64,000 bases of DNA from positions 9,666-73,665 of the forward strand of contig CAZRDX010000040.1 of NCBI GenBank assembly GCA_964599235.1. Reading direction: 5' to 3'. The notes beneath the pieces were generated by a model. It saw nothing but the letters and a program-made list of their open reading frames with translations, made no database searches and was not told the origin of the DNA. Shown one piece after another: positions 37,718 to 49,974 of this stretch. This DNA comes from an uncultured Rikenellaceae bacterium (lineage in GTDB: Bacteria; Bacteroidota; Bacteroidia; Bacteroidales; VadinHA17). The stretch's first letter is position 1. The number at the start of each line of letters is the position of its first letter. A program made the translations under genes and the position numbers.

Positions 37718-39694
37718 TCATCTTTTTTTACCTTTTTTCGGGGGATTGTAGCCACGAGCTTTGGCGGCTTCCTCGAGACGCTGCTGCCATTTCGATTTTT
37801 TCGCCGGCATCTTGCGACGCTGCTCCACTTCACGAAGGATCTTCTCCTCATCGATAAATGCCTTGGCGATCATGTTTTGGGCAAAAGTAATGAGGTTGGC
37901 CAGGAAATAGTAATAGGTAAGGGCGGCCGCAAAGTTATTGAGGAACAACATGAAAGTGACGGGCATGATGTACATCATCCCCTTCATTCCAGGCATCTGA
38001 GAAGAATCTCCCGAAGGACTGTTGATCTTCATGGTGATGATCGTGGAGACGGTCATGAGGAGTGTGAACAGGCTCACATGATCCCCGTACATAGGGATGG
38101 TGAAAGGCAACTGAAGGATCGAATCATAAGTGGAAAGGTCATGAGCCCAGAGGAAACTTTGCTGACGCAGTTCGATGGAAGTGGGGAAGAAACGGAACAT
38201 GGCAAAGAGGATCGGCATCTGCAGCAGCATAGGCAGGCATCCGCTCATGGGATTGACGCCGGCCTGTTTGTACAGGGCCATCTGGGCCTGCTGTTTCTTC
38301 ATGGCATCCTCCTTGCGGGGATATTTTTTGTTGATCTCGTCTATGAAAGGTTTCAGCACCCTCATCTTTGCCTGCGAAACGTAAGACTTGTACGTCAGGG
38401 GGGAGAGCGCGATCTTGATGATCAGTGTGAGCAACAGGATGATGATGCCGTAATTGTCAATATACTTGTTCAGCCAGTTAAAAATGGGGATGATCACGAA
38501 CTCGTTGATGGCCCGGATAATGTTCCTTCCCAGGAAGACCAGCTCCTGCAGGTCCATCCCGTATTTCTTGAGCGTCTTGAAGTGGTTGGGGCCATAATAC
38601 ATTTTCATATGGTAGGTCACATCGGGCGCAGGCCGGTAAGGAACGCTCAGATCGGCCTCACACTCCCTGAAATAGGGAGAATCCTCCGGCATCTTCTCCG
38701 AATGCACCTTGCCGCTGGTAAAAGGAGGTTCCGGTGAGATGAGCACGGACGAGAAGAACTGATCCTTGAAGGCCACCCATTCGATCCGCGTGGGAATATC
38801 CTCTTCGAGTACCTCCTTGCTGCTGCGCATCGGAAGGCCATCCACCTCATCCTGGTAATACTTGAACTTGATGGTGGAATAGTTGTCCTCGTTCATGCGT
38901 CCCTGTTCCTGTTGAGGCATATAGATCTTCCACCGCAAGGAGAGGTCGGTGAGGTTCTGGGCGATCACCTTGTCCATCCCATGCAACACCACATCAAAGC
39001 CGATCATGTAGTCATTCTTCGGAATGATGTAGCGATATTCCATATACTGGTCCTGGCCCACCTGCAGGCGGAAGACAGCCTGATACATACTGTCGGTAAC
39101 CACGATATGCCCCGTATCGGAGATCGGCCGGAAAAGCAGGGTCTTGGTATCGATCAGTTTGTTGTCGATCGAGAAAAAGCGAAAGCCGAACTCGGTGGAA
39201 TCGCCGTGAAAGAGGATGAGCGGTTTCTTGTCCCAGGTTTTGTATTTCTTCAACTCAACTGAGTAGAGTCTGCCACCCAATGTGGTAAAGGTATACCTGG
39301 CCAGTTCGTTCTCTACGGTGATGAAACGTTTCCCTTTCCTGACGGGGATCAGCGCTACGGAATCCTTCTGCACCACCACTTCAGCCGGGAGAAGCTCTTT
39401 CTGGGCGGTGACACCGGACGTATCGGTCACAGCCGATGTATCGGAAAGGGCATCCACATGAAGCAGGGAATCGATCGAGAGAACCCTGTTACGAGGATAT
39501 TGTTCGGAAGGTCTGAGTGTCAGTGCCCGGAGATAACTCTCCCTGGCTACCTGGTATCTCCCTGCATCGTACAGCGAATCCGCACGTTGCACTTCATATT
39601 CATAAGCCTTGTCCCTCTGTACATTGTTGTAATAGGTAAATCCGATGAAAAGCAGGATGATGAGGATCAATCCTGTTATTGTGTTCTTGTCCAT
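37718..39694 (-). CDS. yidC: Membrane protein insertase YidC
   Basis: N-terminal TM, a long periplasmic domain, the conserved C-terminal core (GCLPMLLQMPILFAMF) and a basic C-terminal tail. Confidence 0.93.
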   Translation of the reverse strand: MDKNTITGLILIILLFIGFTYYNNVQRDKAYEYEVQRADSLYDAGRYQVARESYLRALTLRPSEQYPRNRVLSIDSLLHVDALSDTSAVTDTSGVTAQKELLPAEVVVQKDSVALIPVRKGKRFITVENELARYTFTTLGGRLYSVELKKYKTWDKKPLILFHGDSTEFGFRFFSIDNKLIDTKTLLFRPISDTGHIVVTDSMYQAVFRLQVGQDQYMEYRYIIPKNDYMIGFDVVLHGMDKVIAQNLTDLSLRWKIYMPQQEQGRMNEDNYSTIKFKYYQDEVDGLPMRSSKEVLEEDIPTRIEWVAFKDQFFSSVLISPEPPFTSGKVHSEKMPEDSPYFRECEADLSVPYRPAPDVTYHMKMYYGPNHFKTLKKYGMDLQELVFLGRNIIRAINEFVIIPIFNWLNKYIDNYGIIILLLTLIIKIALSPLTYKSYVSQAKMRVLKPFIDEINKKYPRKEDAMKKQQAQMALYKQAGVNPMSGCLPMLLQMPILFAMFRFFPTSIELRQQSFLWAHDLSTYDSILQLPFTIPMYGDHVSLFTLLMTVSTIITMKINSPSGDSSQMPGMKGMMYIMPVTFMLFLNNFAAALTYYYFLANLITFAQNMIAKAFIDEEKILREVEQRRKMPAKKSKWQQRLEEAAKARGYNPPKKGKKR

Positions 39695-39713
39695 GCCAGG
39701 CAGCTTTCTCCGT

Positions 39714-41399
<1,686 letters not shown>

Positions 41400-41405
41400 T
41401 TAGGG

Positions 41406-43616
41406 TCAGTCAATGTCCATTTCATCGATCAGTTTCAGCTTCTCTTTCAGCAGGCGGATACTGGCCTTGGCATTCTCGATCTTCACCGTTACGTCGCGAA
41501 TGAGCGATTCGGCATTCTTGGAGTTGGAGAAGAAGCCGATGTTGTTCTCCCAGATGGTGATATCATTTTCCAGCTGTTTGATGCGGCTGATGAACTTCTC
41601 TCTGTCTTTCTGAAGTTTGACGGTAGCTTTGGGTGATCCGGCCAGTTCCTGAAGTTTTGCCTTGTATTTGATGAGACTCTTGGTATGCTCATTAAGGTTG
41701 AGTTTGTTGTAGAGTTCATCCACCAGTTTGCGGAATGCGTTGCTGATCTCTTCCTTTTTTTCAAGAGGCACGTAACCTATCTCTGACCAGCGCCGCTGGA
41801 GATCCTGGATGGCTGCAAAATCCTTATCGGTATCGCCGGTTGGCGTGAAAGCACGCATCTCCTCCAGCAGTTCTTCCTTTTTCCGCAGATTCTCTTCGAA
41901 GTTCTCACGCAGGCCCTGATAATACCTTGCCTTGGCCTCAAAGAAATGATCGCAGGCGGCCCGGAAGCGTTTCCAGAGCTGATCGGAATATTTTCTGGGT
42001 ACCGGCCCGATCTCTTTCCAGCGTTTCTGGAGATTGATCAGGTCCTCCGTGGTCTTTTTCCAGTCGGTACTGTCCTTCAACGCTTCGGCCTGAACACACA
42101 GATCGGTTTTCAGCTGGAGATTGGTCATCTGCAGCTCCTTGTTGGCAGCAAAAAATTCCCGTTTCCTGCTGAAAAAAAGATCACAGGCCTTGCGGAAACG
42201 TTCATAGATGGCGTTGTTGTATTTTCTGGGAGCAAAACCAATGGTCCGCCATACTTTCTGAAGTTCTCTTATTTGCTCTGTTTTTTCTTCCCATTCCCTG
42301 GGGGACTTCAGTTCCATGGCGGCTATTTCCTCAGCCTTTTCAGCCAGAAGAGTTTTCTGTTCAAGGTTTTTCTTCTGGATTTCCTTGATCTCCTGGAAAT
42401 AGGCCTGGTACTTTTTGTTGATCTTGCGGGTGGCCTCCTTGAAACGCTCCCACAGCTCGGCTTTGTGTTCTTTGGGGACAGGACCTATTTCCCGCCACTG
42501 CTCATGGTATTTCTGAAGGGTCTTGAAAGCCGTGACAATATCCGGTTCCAGGAGCAGCTGTTCTGCCTGTTCACACAGACGCAGCTTGGCTTCCTTGTTC
42601 TTCTTCAGGTCCAGATCCCGAAGCTCCTTATTGATGCGAATGTAATCGTAGAACTTCTCCACATGATAGTGGTAACTCTCCCACAATTCATTGGTATATT
42701 GTTGGGGTACCGGACCAATGTTCCGCCATTTTTTCTGGAGATCACGGAATTCCTGGAAGGTCTTCCCCAACGATTCGTTGCGGGTGACCAGTTCTTTCAG
42801 TTCTTCGATCACCTGTTTTTTTTCTTCCAGGTTGCGAAGCTTTTGCTCTTCCAGTTCCTTGTTATACTGGGCCTTCCTGTAGCGGTAAGCTTTCAGAAGG
42901 TCGATCATCCTTTCCTCACGGACATCGTGAGGGGGGGTGAAATCCGTGGGATCGCCGCCTTCTTCAAGAAAACGGTTCTTTTTTTCCTCTTTCTCCTGGT
43001 TGAGTTTCTTATAGAAGACCACCTTGATCCTTTCGACATCATTACGGATCTCGTTCACGGGTCTTTTTTCCAGCAGGAGTGCCAGCCGGTCAACCAGATC
43101 ATCGAGCGAAAATGTGGAATAATCCACTTCTTCGACCGTGATCTCTTCTTTTTCTTTTTTTTCCTCCTCTTGATCCGGGAGCTCTTTTTCTTCTTCTTCC
43201 ATCTGCGCCTTGTTCCCTGCAAGCTCCTTGCTGCTTTCCCTTACCGGCTCTTCCTTCTCATCAACCTGTTCCTTCTCATGAGGATCTTCCCCTGAGGTTT
43301 CTGCAACATTTGCAACATCTTCAGTTACAACATCAACCTCTTTTTCCCTAATGCTGTCATGATCTTCGTTGTTCGAAAGATCCCTGTTTTGGTTCCCGAC
43401 AGAATGACCGTCCACACCATCTCCCTGTGCCACCGTGAGCTCCCTGTCACTTTCGCTGTCCTGCTCTTCCTGCAAAGCAGTTTCCTCTTCAGGAGAACCT
43501 GTTCTCTCCTGGTCGCTATCCTCCCTGCGTACTTTTTCCTCTTCACCGGGACGAAGTGTCCCTGCTTCCCGGTTTTCGTTCTCCTTTTGCTCTCGTTCTT
43601 TCATTTCATCATCCAT
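41406..43616 (-). CDS. DUF349 repeat protein with acidic N-terminal region
   Basis: Five repeats of about 75 aa, each with W(R/K)xIG(P/F/Y)(V/A)P...LW(E/K)RF. The track start 43619 is GTG, immediately followed by ATG 43616. Confidence 0.8.
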   Translation of the reverse strand: MDDEMKEREQKENENREAGTLRPGEEEKVRREDSDQERTGSPEEETALQEEQDSESDRELTVAQGDGVDGHSVGNQNRDLSNNEDHDSIREKEVDVVTEDVANVAETSGEDPHEKEQVDEKEEPVRESSKELAGNKAQMEEEEKELPDQEEEKKEKEEITVEEVDYSTFSLDDLVDRLALLLEKRPVNEIRNDVERIKVVFYKKLNQEKEEKKNRFLEEGGDPTDFTPPHDVREERMIDLLKAYRYRKAQYNKELEEQKLRNLEEKKQVIEELKELVTRNESLGKTFQEFRDLQKKWRNIGPVPQQYTNELWESYHYHVEKFYDYIRINKELRDLDLKKNKEAKLRLCEQAEQLLLEPDIVTAFKTLQKYHEQWREIGPVPKEHKAELWERFKEATRKINKKYQAYFQEIKEIQKKNLEQKTLLAEKAEEIAAMELKSPREWEEKTEQIRELQKVWRTIGFAPRKYNNAIYERFRKACDLFFSRKREFFAANKELQMTNLQLKTDLCVQAEALKDSTDWKKTTEDLINLQKRWKEIGPVPRKYSDQLWKRFRAACDHFFEAKARYYQGLRENFEENLRKKEELLEEMRAFTPTGDTDKDFAAIQDLQRRWSEIGYVPLEKKEEISNAFRKLVDELYNKLNLNEHTKSLIKYKAKLQELAGSPKATVKLQKDREKFISRIKQLENDITIWENNIGFFSNSKNAESLIRDVTVKIENAKASIRLLKEKLKLIDEMDID

Positions 43617-43877
43617 CACACCAGGTTTTTATTACGCATTAAAGAGGCAACTTTTCAATAGCGCCAAAATTACGAAATTATTATTTTCCAAATAAACGCA
43701 AAATCCTGCATTTAGGAACCATCCTCCAATATATTCCTCCGGAGGAAGCCGGGGAATGTGCCATTCTACCCGGCTCATTCCGACAAGGAACGAATCTCCC
43801 TTTTTCATATGTTCATTTTCTCCGATTTCATTCTGATTTTCTTTATCTTGTTGCACCATAACTTACAGAAAGAACCT

Positions 43878-45362
43878 ATGAAATACATAGCAGCCTTTGA
43901 TCAGGGTACGACCAGTTCACGAGCGGTCCTTTTCGATCGTGAGGGTCAGCTGGTGGATATCAGTCAGCAGGAATTCAGGCAAATTTTTCCCGAGCCGGGG
44001 TGGGTGGAACATGATCCTGAAGAGATCTGGAACAGTCAGATGGCTGTTTTCCGTGATCTGTTACGCCGCAACAGGGTCGCACCCGAAGACGTACTGGCCA
44101 TCGGCATCACCAATCAGCGTGAGACCACGGTGGTATGGGACCGGTTCACCGGCAGGCCTCTCATGAACGCCATCGTCTGGCAGGACAAACGAACGGCTGA
44201 TCGGTGTGAGCGTCTGAAAAAAGAAGGACATGGTGAAATGATCCGCGAACGCACGGGGCTGGTTGTGGACGCATATTTTTCAGCCACCAAGATCGCCTGG
44301 ATCCTCGACCATGTGCCCGGAGCAAGGGAGAAAGCCCGTCGGGGTGAATTGGCTGCAGGGACGGTGGACAGCTGGCTGGTATGGAAAATGACGGGTGGGA
44401 AGGTCCACGCCACCGATCTTTCCAATGCCTCACGCACCATGCTTTTCAACATCCGTGAAAGAAGATGGGATGAGGAACTTCTCGCCCTTTTCGACATCCC
44501 CTCTTCTCTTCTTCCCGAAGTGCATCCTTCTTCATGGCATTATGGTGATATGGAATACGAGGGCAGCATTATTCCCGTAAGCGGAGTGATAGGTGACCAG
44601 CAGGCAGCGCTTTTCGGTCAGGCCTGTTTCGAAGCTGGTGAGGTGAAGAACACTTACGGGACAGGTTGTTTCATGCTGCTGAACACAGGCAGGGAGCCCC
44701 GCTGGTCTTCCCACGGGCTGTTGACCACCATTGCCTGGGGGTTGGACGACGAAGTCCATTATGCGCTGGAAGGCAGTGTCTTCATTGCGGGAGCGGCCAT
44801 CCAGTGGCTGCGGGATGCTCTGGGCATCATCGACAAAGCCTCCGACACGGAATATTTCGCAGCCCAGGCGGAAGGGGATGGAGTGTATGTGGTACCCGCC
44901 TTTGCCGGTCTGGGTGCTCCTTACTGGGATATGTACGCACGTGGAGCCATCTTCGGCCTCACCCGCGACACGGGAAAGGCCCATATCATCAAGGCCACCC
45001 TGCAGTCGCTTGCTTATCAGTCGAGGGACCTGCTCGAAGTGATGAAAAAAGATGCGGGACTCACCCTCACCTCCCTGAAGGTGGACGGCGGGGCCGTGGC
45101 CAACGATTTCCTGATGCAGTTCCAGGCAGATATCCTGAACATCCCCGTGGAACGTCCGCTGGTCACCGAGTCCACCGCACTCGGCGCAGCTTATATGGCT
45201 GGGATCGAAAGAGGGCTCTGGAAAAAGGAAGAGATCCTTCAAAACAGAAAGATCGATCGCATCTTCATCCCGGATATCACCGAGGAGAAACGCAACACCC
45301 TGCTGAAAGGCTGGAAAAAGGCTGTGGAAAGGACCCTGGGCTGGCTGGAGGAGAAAGCATGA
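43878..45362 (+). CDS. glpK: Glycerol kinase
   Basis: [20 protein letters not shown] and [12 protein letters not shown] with full-length FGGY architecture. The internal ATG 43878 is preferred over the track start 43758. Confidence 0.96.
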   Translation: MKYIAAFDQGTTSSRAVLFDREGQLVDISQQEFRQIFPEPGWVEHDPEEIWNSQMAVFRDLLRRNRVAPEDVLAIGITNQRETTVVWDRFTGRPLMNAIVWQDKRTADRCERLKKEGHGEMIRERTGLVVDAYFSATKIAWILDHVPGAREKARRGELAAGTVDSWLVWKMTGGKVHATDLSNASRTMLFNIRERRWDEELLALFDIPSSLLPEVHPSSWHYGDMEYEGSIIPVSGVIGDQQAALFGQACFEAGEVKNTYGTGCFMLLNTGREPRWSSHGLLTTIAWGLDDEVHYALEGSVFIAGAAIQWLRDALGIIDKASDTEYFAAQAEGDGVYVVPAFAGLGAPYWDMYARGAIFGLTRDTGKAHIIKATLQSLAYQSRDLLEVMKKDAGLTLTSLKVDGGAVANDFLMQFQADILNIPVERPLVTESTALGAAYMAGIERGLWKKEEILQNRKIDRIFIPDITEEKRNTLLKGWKKAVERTLGWLEEKA

Positions 45363-47026
45363 ACAGGAAGTCATCACCGGCACAGGATACGGTTTTCCTG
45401 CGACAGCAGATGCGGGATCATCTTGTATCCACTCCCGAGAGGTTCGATGTTGTGATCATCGGTGGAGGGATCACGGGAGCGGGCATTGCCCTCGATGCTG
45501 CCTCCCGCGGTCAAAAAACGCTACTCCTGGAAAAAAAGGACTTCGCTTCGGGCACCAGCAGCCGTTCCACCAAGCTGATACACGGCGGGCTGCGTTACCT
45601 CAGGCAGATGCAGTTCCATGTAGTTGCAGAAACCGGCCGCGAAAGAGCCATCGTCCATGGCCTTGCCCCTCATCTGGTGATCCCCGAGAAGATGCTTCTG
45701 CCTATTCTCCGGGGAGGCAGTATGGGCCGCACCATGATCGCCCTGGGACTCACCCTTTACGACCTGCTGGCAGGTGTCCGGAAAGAGGACAGAAAAAGGA
45801 TGCTCAGCAGGGAAGAGACCCTGCAAAAGGTACCGTTGCTGCCCCGTGAACGTGTGAAAGGCGGCGGCTACTACGCCGAATATATGACCGATGACGCACG
45901 CCTGACGCTGGAGGTCATCAAGACGGCCATGCGTCATGGTGCATGGTGTCTGAATTACACGGAAGTCACACGTCTTACCTACGACAAACAGAACAAGGTG
46001 AACGGTGTAGAGGCTCAGGACGGCTTGTCGGAGGAGCGCTTCACGGTGCAGGCCAAACATGTGGTCAATGCGGCAGGCCCCTGGGTGGACGAGGTACGTG
46101 AAATGGATCACTCCCTCACCGGCAAACACCTCTTCATCACCAAAGGGGTCCATTTGGTCTTTGACAGGGAAAAACTCCCTCTCAACCATCCAATATACTT
46201 TGATCTTCCCGACGGAAGGATGATGTTCCTCCTTCCCCGCCACGGTATCGTCTATGCCGGCACCACCGACACACCCTATACGGGTGACAAGCATGATCCG
46301 CCCGTGACACATGAGGATGTGACCTATCTGCTTGACGGGATCCGGCATTTGTTTCCCAGGGTGGATCTGGGCGTGACAGACGTGTTGTCTTCCTGGGCGG
46401 GTCTCAGGCCGCTCATCTATCAGGAAGGCAAATCAGCTTCAGAGATCTCAAGAAAGGATGAGATCTTCATTTCCCCTACCGGCCTGATCTCCATGGCCGG
46501 GGGCAAGCTCACCGGTTACCGCAGGATGGCTGAAAAGGTGGTGGACAGGATCCTGCGCAGGGAAGGCAGGAAAGTACGCTGCCGCACAAAACATATCCCG
46601 CTCACCGATGATCCGTTCCGGGACCTCGACGAGATCACCGCCTTCAGAGAGGAAATGGTACACCTTTATCCCGGGATATCGGCCAGAGAAGCGGACGAGA
46701 TGGTGATGAAATACGGCCGGGATGCACAGCATATCCTCAGCAGGGCAAAAGAGGAGGATCAGTCGCTCATTCTGGCAGAAGCAGAACATGCCATCGATAA
46801 AGAAATGACGTTCCATCCTCTTGATTTCCTGGAACGACGCAGCGGGCGGATGCTTTTTGACCTTCCCAACGTAAAAAAGGAACTGCCATCACTTCTCGCT
46901 TTGTTCGCCCGAAGGTTTGGCTGGAACCCCGAACGCATCGCCAAAGAAAAAAGAACCGTTGAACAGGGCATCAAGATGCGCACTCCCCCTTTTCCACCCG
47001 CCACTGAGAGTGCCAGTCGTTCCTGA
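45359..47026 (+). CDS. glpD: FAD-dependent glycerol-3-phosphate dehydrogenase
   Basis: ATG 45359 overlaps the glpK stop (ATGA). [26 protein letters not shown] fold and [17 protein letters not shown]. Confidence 0.9.
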   Translation: MNRKSSPAQDTVFLRQQMRDHLVSTPERFDVVIIGGGITGAGIALDAASRGQKTLLLEKKDFASGTSSRSTKLIHGGLRYLRQMQFHVVAETGRERAIVHGLAPHLVIPEKMLLPILRGGSMGRTMIALGLTLYDLLAGVRKEDRKRMLSREETLQKVPLLPRERVKGGGYYAEYMTDDARLTLEVIKTAMRHGAWCLNYTEVTRLTYDKQNKVNGVEAQDGLSEERFTVQAKHVVNAAGPWVDEVREMDHSLTGKHLFITKGVHLVFDREKLPLNHPIYFDLPDGRMMFLLPRHGIVYAGTTDTPYTGDKHDPPVTHEDVTYLLDGIRHLFPRVDLGVTDVLSSWAGLRPLIYQEGKSASEISRKDEIFISPTGLISMAGGKLTGYRRMAEKVVDRILRREGRKVRCRTKHIPLTDDPFRDLDEITAFREEMVHLYPGISAREADEMVMKYGRDAQHILSRAKEEDQSLILAEAEHAIDKEMTFHPLDFLERRSGRMLFDLPNVKKELPSLLALFARRFGWNPERIAKEKRTVEQGIKMRTPPFPPATESASRS

Positions 47027-47029
47027 GAT

Positions 47030-48265
47030 TCACCTGATCATGATCGGATGGGCCAGACGCTGAGCATCCCGGGTGATAAGGCTGTGGAAATATCCGGCTT
47101 CCGCGAAACGGGGATCCTGTTTTTCCCATCCGGAGTAAAATAGATATTCTGTAGGATGATCTTCGTGGAGTTTCAGGTCAATCATATATGTGTTCACGAT
47201 CCCTTCTCCCGACGTGGGTGCCTGAATGGTCGTGATGAAGTCTTCCGCTTTCACAAGAATGGCCATTCCCAGTTTTTCCCCCTCATAAGCCTGGTTGCAG
47301 TGAGTAGAGAAAAAGATGTATTTATCATTCGGCTGGTCGATGTGAAGGGAATCGCAGTGACGGACGATCCCCGTGATAAGCGATTCATTTCCTGTCACTC
47401 CTTTCACGCTCACACGGGCCTTATAGAAATTGGTGCCCCCCCAGATGCTGATCTCATCGAGGATGTCATAGGTATGACCTCCCGCATGCCAGCCATAATA
47501 TCCCAATCGGAAGATCACACGCAGCGGACCATCGGCCACACGCTCGAAGGTTCCTTTTTCGGGAAGATCGACACGAAAGACAGAGTCATTGACCATCAGG
47601 GCGATGGCACCGGCACCCAGTGAATTGCCCACCTTGAGGATGTCCATGCCCCAATCTTTCAGTACATGATAAGAATGAGGTATCAGGCCGACACTGTCCA
47701 GAACCATTCTCGAAACCCTCTTTCCGAAAATGTCGATACCATTGCGGGCATCGTAATAGTTACGAAAAGCCACTTTGTCATTTTCCCAGGCAGGTCCCTC
47801 CATTTGAAACGCTTTCTGGGTACTGGGAGAGTCGGTGGTCCGTAATCTGTCCGCATGATCCAGCTCCCTGTGTTCCGGATAGTTGGCAAAACGTATGTTG
47901 GCCCGCGGGGAGAAATCGGGAAGCTTCTCGGGAGACACAAATGTGATCTCCAGTTTTCGCTCACCACGCGGAGAAAAATCAAGCAGGGTAAAAAGTTCAT
48001 CCCATTTCCCGTCACGGTCCAGGTCATCGGTCTGTGAAGGTATGATCTTGCCTTTTTCATCGATCAGACAGGGCACCTTCCCTTCGGGAATACTTCCTGT
48101 CAGAGAATCCAGGAAGGAACGCTGTAATACGATCGCTTCATCGGGCCGGTCAATATCGACAGGATTCTTCAGTGTGATCACGACCGTTTTCTTTCCGTTG
48201 CAGGCCGTGAACAGAAGCGTGAAGAAAAGGAACAAGTTCAGGACGAACGGTCTGATGTTTTTCAT
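47030..48265 (-). CDS. DUF4861 family lipoprotein
   Basis: Lipobox LLFTAC. General resemblance to the DUF4861 proteins that accompany kduI/kduD in Bacteroidota uronate loci. Confidence 0.7.
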   Translation of the reverse strand: MKNIRPFVLNLFLFFTLLFTACNGKKTVVITLKNPVDIDRPDEAIVLQRSFLDSLTGSIPEGKVPCLIDEKGKIIPSQTDDLDRDGKWDELFTLLDFSPRGERKLEITFVSPEKLPDFSPRANIRFANYPEHRELDHADRLRTTDSPSTQKAFQMEGPAWENDKVAFRNYYDARNGIDIFGKRVSRMVLDSVGLIPHSYHVLKDWGMDILKVGNSLGAGAIALMVNDSVFRVDLPEKGTFERVADGPLRVIFRLGYYGWHAGGHTYDILDEISIWGGTNFYKARVSVKGVTGNESLITGIVRHCDSLHIDQPNDKYIFFSTHCNQAYEGEKLGMAILVKAEDFITTIQAPTSGEGIVNTYMIDLKLHEDHPTEYLFYSGWEKQDPRFAEAGYFHSLITRDAQRLAHPIMIR

Positions 48266-48286
48266 GACTGTCAGTTTAGGGGTTTA

Positions 48287-49081
48287 TCATTCTTCTCCGG
48301 CATGGCTTCCCAGTGTGGCCAAGATACCTCCGTCGACATAAAGGATATGACCATTCACGAAATCAGAAGCTTTGGAGGCAAGGAAGATCGCAGCACCTGC
48401 AAGTTCTTCGGGTTTACCCCACCGGCGTGCGGGGGTACGTTTGATAATGAACTCATTGAAAGGATGTCCGCCTTCCCTGATCGGGGCAGTCTGTTCGGTA
48501 GCAAAGTAGCCGGGTCCGATGGCGTTGGCCTGGATGTTGTATTTGGCCCATTCGTCAGCCATCTCTTTGGTAAGCATCTTCAATCCGCCCTTGGCTGCGG
48601 CATAGGCACTGACGGTATTGCGGGAAACCTCGCTCATCATTGAACACATGTTGATGATCTTTCCTCCTTTTCCCCTGCGTATCATGCTTTTGGCCACATG
48701 CTTGGCCATGATGAAGGGCCCCACGAGGTCAACTTCCAGTACCTGGCGGAAGTCGTCGACCTCCATTTCCAGCATCGGCACACGTTTGATGATGGCCGCG
48801 TTGTTCACCAGGATATCGACCGGTGCCACCTCCTTTTCGATCCTCTCCAGGGCATCGGTCACCTGCTTTTCCCGGGTAACGTCAAAAAGATAGGAAGCCA
48901 CGTCAAAACCTTTTTGCCGGTATGTCTCCACGGCCTTTTTCAGACGCTCCGGTGTATGGCCGTTGATCACCAGTTTTGCGCCTGCTTCTGCCAAAGCAGT
49001 GGCCACGGCCATGCCAAGACCGTGTGTGCCGCCCGTCACCAGGGCAGTCTTGCCTGTCAGATCAAAAAGTTCCAGTCCCAT
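48287..49081 (-). CDS. kduD: SDR oxidoreductase, gluconate 5-dehydrogenase / KduD type
   Basis: TGGTHGLG, NNAA, YAAAKGG, and KRTPARRWGKPEELAGAAIFLASKASDFVNGHILYVDGG, which is close to IdnO/KduD-type enzymes. It is adjacent to kduI. The internal ATG 49081 is preferred over the track start 49366. Confidence 0.78.
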   Translation of the reverse strand: MGLELFDLTGKTALVTGGTHGLGMAVATALAEAGAKLVINGHTPERLKKAVETYRQKGFDVASYLFDVTREKQVTDALERIEKEVAPVDILVNNAAIIKRVPMLEMEVDDFRQVLEVDLVGPFIMAKHVAKSMIRRGKGGKIINMCSMMSEVSRNTVSAYAAAKGGLKMLTKEMADEWAKYNIQANAIGPGYFATEQTAPIREGGHPFNEFIIKRTPARRWGKPEELAGAAIFLASKASDFVNGHILYVDGGILATLGSHAGEE

Positions 49082-49091
49082 GATATGTCGG

Positions 49092-49934
49092 TTATTTGAG
49101 TTCTGTGGGTCCGTAAAAGTCCATATCGCCATAATCCAGGTTTTCCCCTGCCATGCCCCAGATGAAAATGTAGTTAGAGGTGCCTGCAGCGGAATGGATC
49201 GACCACGGCGGAGAGATGACAGCCTGTTCATTCCGCAACCAGATGTGCCTCGTCTCATGGGGTTCGCCCATGAAATGGCATATTGCCTGATCGTCGGGAA
49301 CTTCAAAATAGAAATAGACTTCCATTCTTCGTGCGTGGACATGGGCCGGCATGGTGTTCCAGACACTGCCTTTTTTCAGCTCCGTCATCCCCATCTGCAA
49401 TTGACAGGTTTCCACCACACCATGGACCAGCAGTTTGTATATATCACGTTCATTGGAGGAGGCAGCATCCCCCAGATGCATCACTTCGGCATCTGCAAGT
49501 GTCACACGCCGTACAGGATACGAGCGATGGGCAGGCGCCGAATTGAAATAGAAACGGGCAGGTTCGGCCGGGTCATCGCTTCGGAAGATCACCTCTTTCA
49601 CTCCTCGTCCTACATACAAGGCGTCTTTGTATCCCAGTTCATGTTGCTTACCGTCGGTAATGACAACACCTTTCCCTCCTACGTTGACGATCCCCAGTTC
49701 ACGCCTTTCCAGAAAAAAAGCGGCCTTGAGGATATCCAAGCTTTCAAGCTGCAGTTCTCCCCGAACGGGCACAGCTCCACCCACAATGTAGCGGTCGTAA
49801 TACGTATAGATCATGTTGATCTCGTCGCCCCTCATAAGGCGGTCGGCCAGATATTCCTTCCGGAGCCGTTCCGTATCATAGGACCTTGCATCTTCCGGAT
49901 GGGTCGCATAACGTATTTCATAGTTGGTCTTCAT
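49092..49934 (-). CDS. kduI: 5-dehydro-4-deoxy-D-glucuronate isomerase
   Basis: 280-aa cupin protein. N-terminus EIRYATHPEDARSYDTERLRKEYL is typical of KduI. Confidence 0.9.
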   Translation of the reverse strand: MKTNYEIRYATHPEDARSYDTERLRKEYLADRLMRGDEINMIYTYYDRYIVGGAVPVRGELQLESLDILKAAFFLERRELGIVNVGGKGVVITDGKQHELGYKDALYVGRGVKEVIFRSDDPAEPARFYFNSAPAHRSYPVRRVTLADAEVMHLGDAASSNERDIYKLLVHGVVETCQLQMGMTELKKGSVWNTMPAHVHARRMEVYFYFEVPDDQAICHFMGEPHETRHIWLRNEQAVISPPWSIHSAAGTSNYIFIWGMAGENLDYGDMDFYGPTELK

Positions 49935-49974
49935 ATGGCTGAAATTTTATTGGTTGACAGGCTTGTCGGTTTCA

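Noticed and set aside
41946-43295. 449-aa plus-strand ORF antisense to the DUF349 gene; likewise 58391-59614 (407 aa) antisense to fucI and 15268-16278 (336 aa) antisense to the porin gene
   Set aside because: All are in the codon-aligned antisense frame of strongly supported genes. Their translations are compositionally odd and motif-free.
43734-43747. 14-bp perfect palindrome TTCCTCCGGAGGAA upstream of glpK
   Set aside because: Several perfect 14-bp palindromes are expected by chance in 64 kb on a uniform-base estimate. No second copy or adjacent regulator gene supports an operator role.
44666-45358. Upstream extension of the glpD ORF (track start 44666) overlapping glpK
   Set aside because: The extension is Arg/Gly/Pro-rich read-through in an alternative frame of glpK. 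ATG 45359 overlaps the glpK stop and precedes the FAD-binding fold at the normal distance.
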